The position numbers were made by a program, and so were the translations under genes. From contig OY253671.1 of NCBI GenBank assembly GCA_958009085.1, forward strand, positions 930,001 through 994,000: 64,000 nucleotides of DNA. Reading direction: 5' to 3'. The notes under the pieces were generated by a model. The model saw only the letters and a program-made list of their open reading frames with translations. It had not been told where the DNA came from and searched no databases. Source of the stretch: Protoeuglena noctilucae. Taxonomy: Eukaryota. How positions within the stretch are numbered: position 1 is the stretch's first letter; each line of letters starts with the position of its first letter. Shown piece by piece: positions 62,089 through 64,000 of this stretch.

Positions 62089-64000
62089 TCACCACTCTCC
62101 GTTCGTGAGTGCGTCTAGCACGTCCTTTTCTGTCATCCACTGGCCTACCAGCACGCAATGGCCGTTGCACCGGGCGCGCCGGGGGCAGCATCGCCGGTGG
62201 GCTGCCGCGCTCAGGCATCCCGAATGCCCCCGCAGCGCATTGGAAGTTCCAGCGAAGGGCGCAGCGAGCCAGGGACACGTGGCCAGTGCTCCGGTGGCAG
62301 CAATGACGCTCGCATCGACGCCGGCAGGGGCAGCCATCGCGCTGTTACCCGCCCCGTCGCCCACGTCACCCTGCGCCGCGTCAGCGATGCCGACATCGTC
62401 GCCGCTGCACCCCAGGACGAGCACGGCCAGGTTGCGCAGGTTCTCCATCGGCGGACACCAGACACGCGCGAAGGATTCGCAGCCCCAGGCGCCCACTGCA
62501 GAAATGCGGGACAGGGAGGGGAGGCCGCCGAGGGCGGCGCACAGCCGCTGCGCCGTCCGCTCGTCGAGGCGGCTGCGGGGGCGAGAGACAGATCATCGTG
62601 ACGTGCACCGTGTAGGCTGCTAGGACACGGGCCTGGCTGTCATCGCAGCGCAGGCGCCGCACCCTGAGACTGACATATCGATGCGGAAGTGCGTCAGTCC
62701 CTCCATGACGGCGATCGCCCGTGTGCCCGCCTCAACGGCCGATGGCTGGTAATCCGTCAGCGCACACTCGCTCAGGTCCAGCGCCTGCGAGAGACGGGCG
62801 AGAGCACGTTCCGACCCGGGCATCGCCACACGCCTGGCAGCGGCACAAAGCTGCTCGGTCCAACACAGGCAACGTCAGCTCGCTAGGCCGCGTCGCTCGC
62901 CTGGAGGCCGCGGAGTGCGGCCAGCACCGCGACCCCTGCCCACGTCACGTGTTCGTTCCACGCCAGGCTCAGCCGCGTGAGGCTCGTGAGTCCCACCAAC
63001 CGCGGGAGCCCCTCGTCCGTGATGCCGGCGCCCGGCGCGCGCTTGGGCAGCGGGCGTCGCTGGCCAGGTGGCCCAGCAGACAGAAGGAGGCACTGGAGGG
63101 CGGGGACGCAGTGCAGGTACTGCATGCCCTCATCGGAGAGGAGCGACGACGCGGAGAGGTCCAGGTGCGTGAGGGACGACATGCCCTGCAGGGTCTCGAG
63201 GTCCAGGTACGGTGGGGCGCCGGACGTGGAGGCCCGGTGGAGGTAGGGCAGTCGGAGGGCGCGGAGGTGGCAGAGGCGGGAGAGGCCGTCGAAGGGGCGG
63301 TCGCATCCGCTGTAGAAGAAGGCGTCGGAGATGGCGAGGGAGGTCAGGGCGGACAGCGCGGTGAGCTGGTCCAGGCCCGGGTCGTCCCAGCACTCGACGC
63401 AGAAGCGCTCGAGGGAGAGCTCGCGCAGGCTGGAGAGCCCCGCCATGCGCCGGACGTCCGAGGGCGACAGGGACATGCGGTGGGTGTTGCCAGCCCGGGA
63501 CCCCACCAGGGCCAGGGACTGCAGGCCAGTGAGGGCCCAGAGACCCTCGAGGCTCCCCGGCACAAACTCCGGCTCTGAGCTGGAGACGTGGTCGCTCCAT
63601 TGGAACCACTCAGAGGGCGAGACGGAGAGGCGGGTCAGTTGAGTGAGGCCAGACGCCTCGTCCGCCTGCAGCGGGGCGACGTCCACGGCGCGCAGCGAGA
63701 GCCGGGAGAGGGACGGATGGGTGCGGCACAGGCGCAGGAGCGCGGCCCAGGGGTCGCTCGCGTCCCTGCGGGGGCCACGGAGCGGCGCTGATTGTGCGGG
63801 GCGAGCCATCAGGTGGGGTGAGGGCATGGTCGCTGGGCAATGCGGGGCTCACGAATCTGTGGCGCGGCTGGGGCGATCATCCTCCTTGGCGAAGGGATTG
63901 GGGTCGTAGTTGGGCTCGGGAATCGCATATGTGTCGCTCCCCAGCTGCGGTACCTCGACGGTGGCGTCCAGATCTGTGGCAGTCGGGCGCAAGCGGCGCT
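62089..64000 (-). CDS. Leucine-rich repeat (RNI-like) protein; 5' end outside the window
   Basis: Repeated LxxLxL motifs (LTQLTRLSV, LSSLRELSL, LTHLDLSASSLLSDEG, ITDEGLPRLVGLTSLTRLSLAWNEHVT). GC donor at 62900. The final exon frame and stop are uncertain. Confidence 0.8.

Noticed and set aside
1..64000. Hundreds of long overlapping or antisense ORFs in the six-frame track
   Set aside because: They are Arg/Pro/Ala/Gly-rich shadow frames expected at very high GC, and they overlap well-supported spliced genes.
1..64000. CRISPR array, tRNA/rRNA, transposon or viral genes
   Set aside because: No repeat-spacer array, cloverleaf, rRNA signature, transposase/RT motif or terminal repeats were seen by eye.
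1..64000. Introner-like mobile introns as an explanation for the GC-AG introns
   Set aside because: The introns share no visible internal sequence similarity or terminal inverted repeats. An all-vs-all BLASTN would be the decisive test.
1..64000. Non-standard genetic code (TAR=Gln) or selenocysteine read-through
   Set aside because: TAA, TAG and TGA all terminate conserved proteins at the expected places. Apparent internal stops fall inside introns, and no convincing SECIS was seen.

Overview
Gene-dense, very GC-rich eukaryotic nuclear DNA from a green alga (Chlorophyta). Support: chlorophyll-b-cycle HCAR, plastid transit peptides, an SLT-type sulfate transporter, short spliceosomal introns of mostly 70-200 bp, and the standard genetic code. 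By manual splicing I can support 20 intron-containing protein-coding genes, two of which run off the window ends. In order: secreted CBM-like protein, BASS4/SLC10A7-like transporter, coiled-coil protein, an ~11-kb beta-propeller + TRP-channel gene, G-patch protein, Kv-type K+ channel, plastid pyruvate kinase, eIF2A, sterol C24-methyltransferase, MED17-like, secreted LTD-CotH kinase, OXA/COX18-like insertase, SLT Na+/sulfate transporter, CBS protein, prolyl oligopeptidase, HCAR, small secreted protein, fibrillin-like protein, RPN5, PEX14 and an LRR protein. No RNA genes, CRISPR arrays or transposons were recognised. Most notable: (1) an unusually high frequency of non-canonical GC-AG introns (22 located by eye), (2) a giant WD40-like/TRP channel fusion, (3) a T1-less Kv channel with a Cys-rich turret, and (4) bacterial-style secreted architectures (LTD-CotH; CBM2-like) in intron-containing genes. 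CDS coordinates are whole-gene spans (start to stop, introns included) and come from manual prediction, not transcript evidence.
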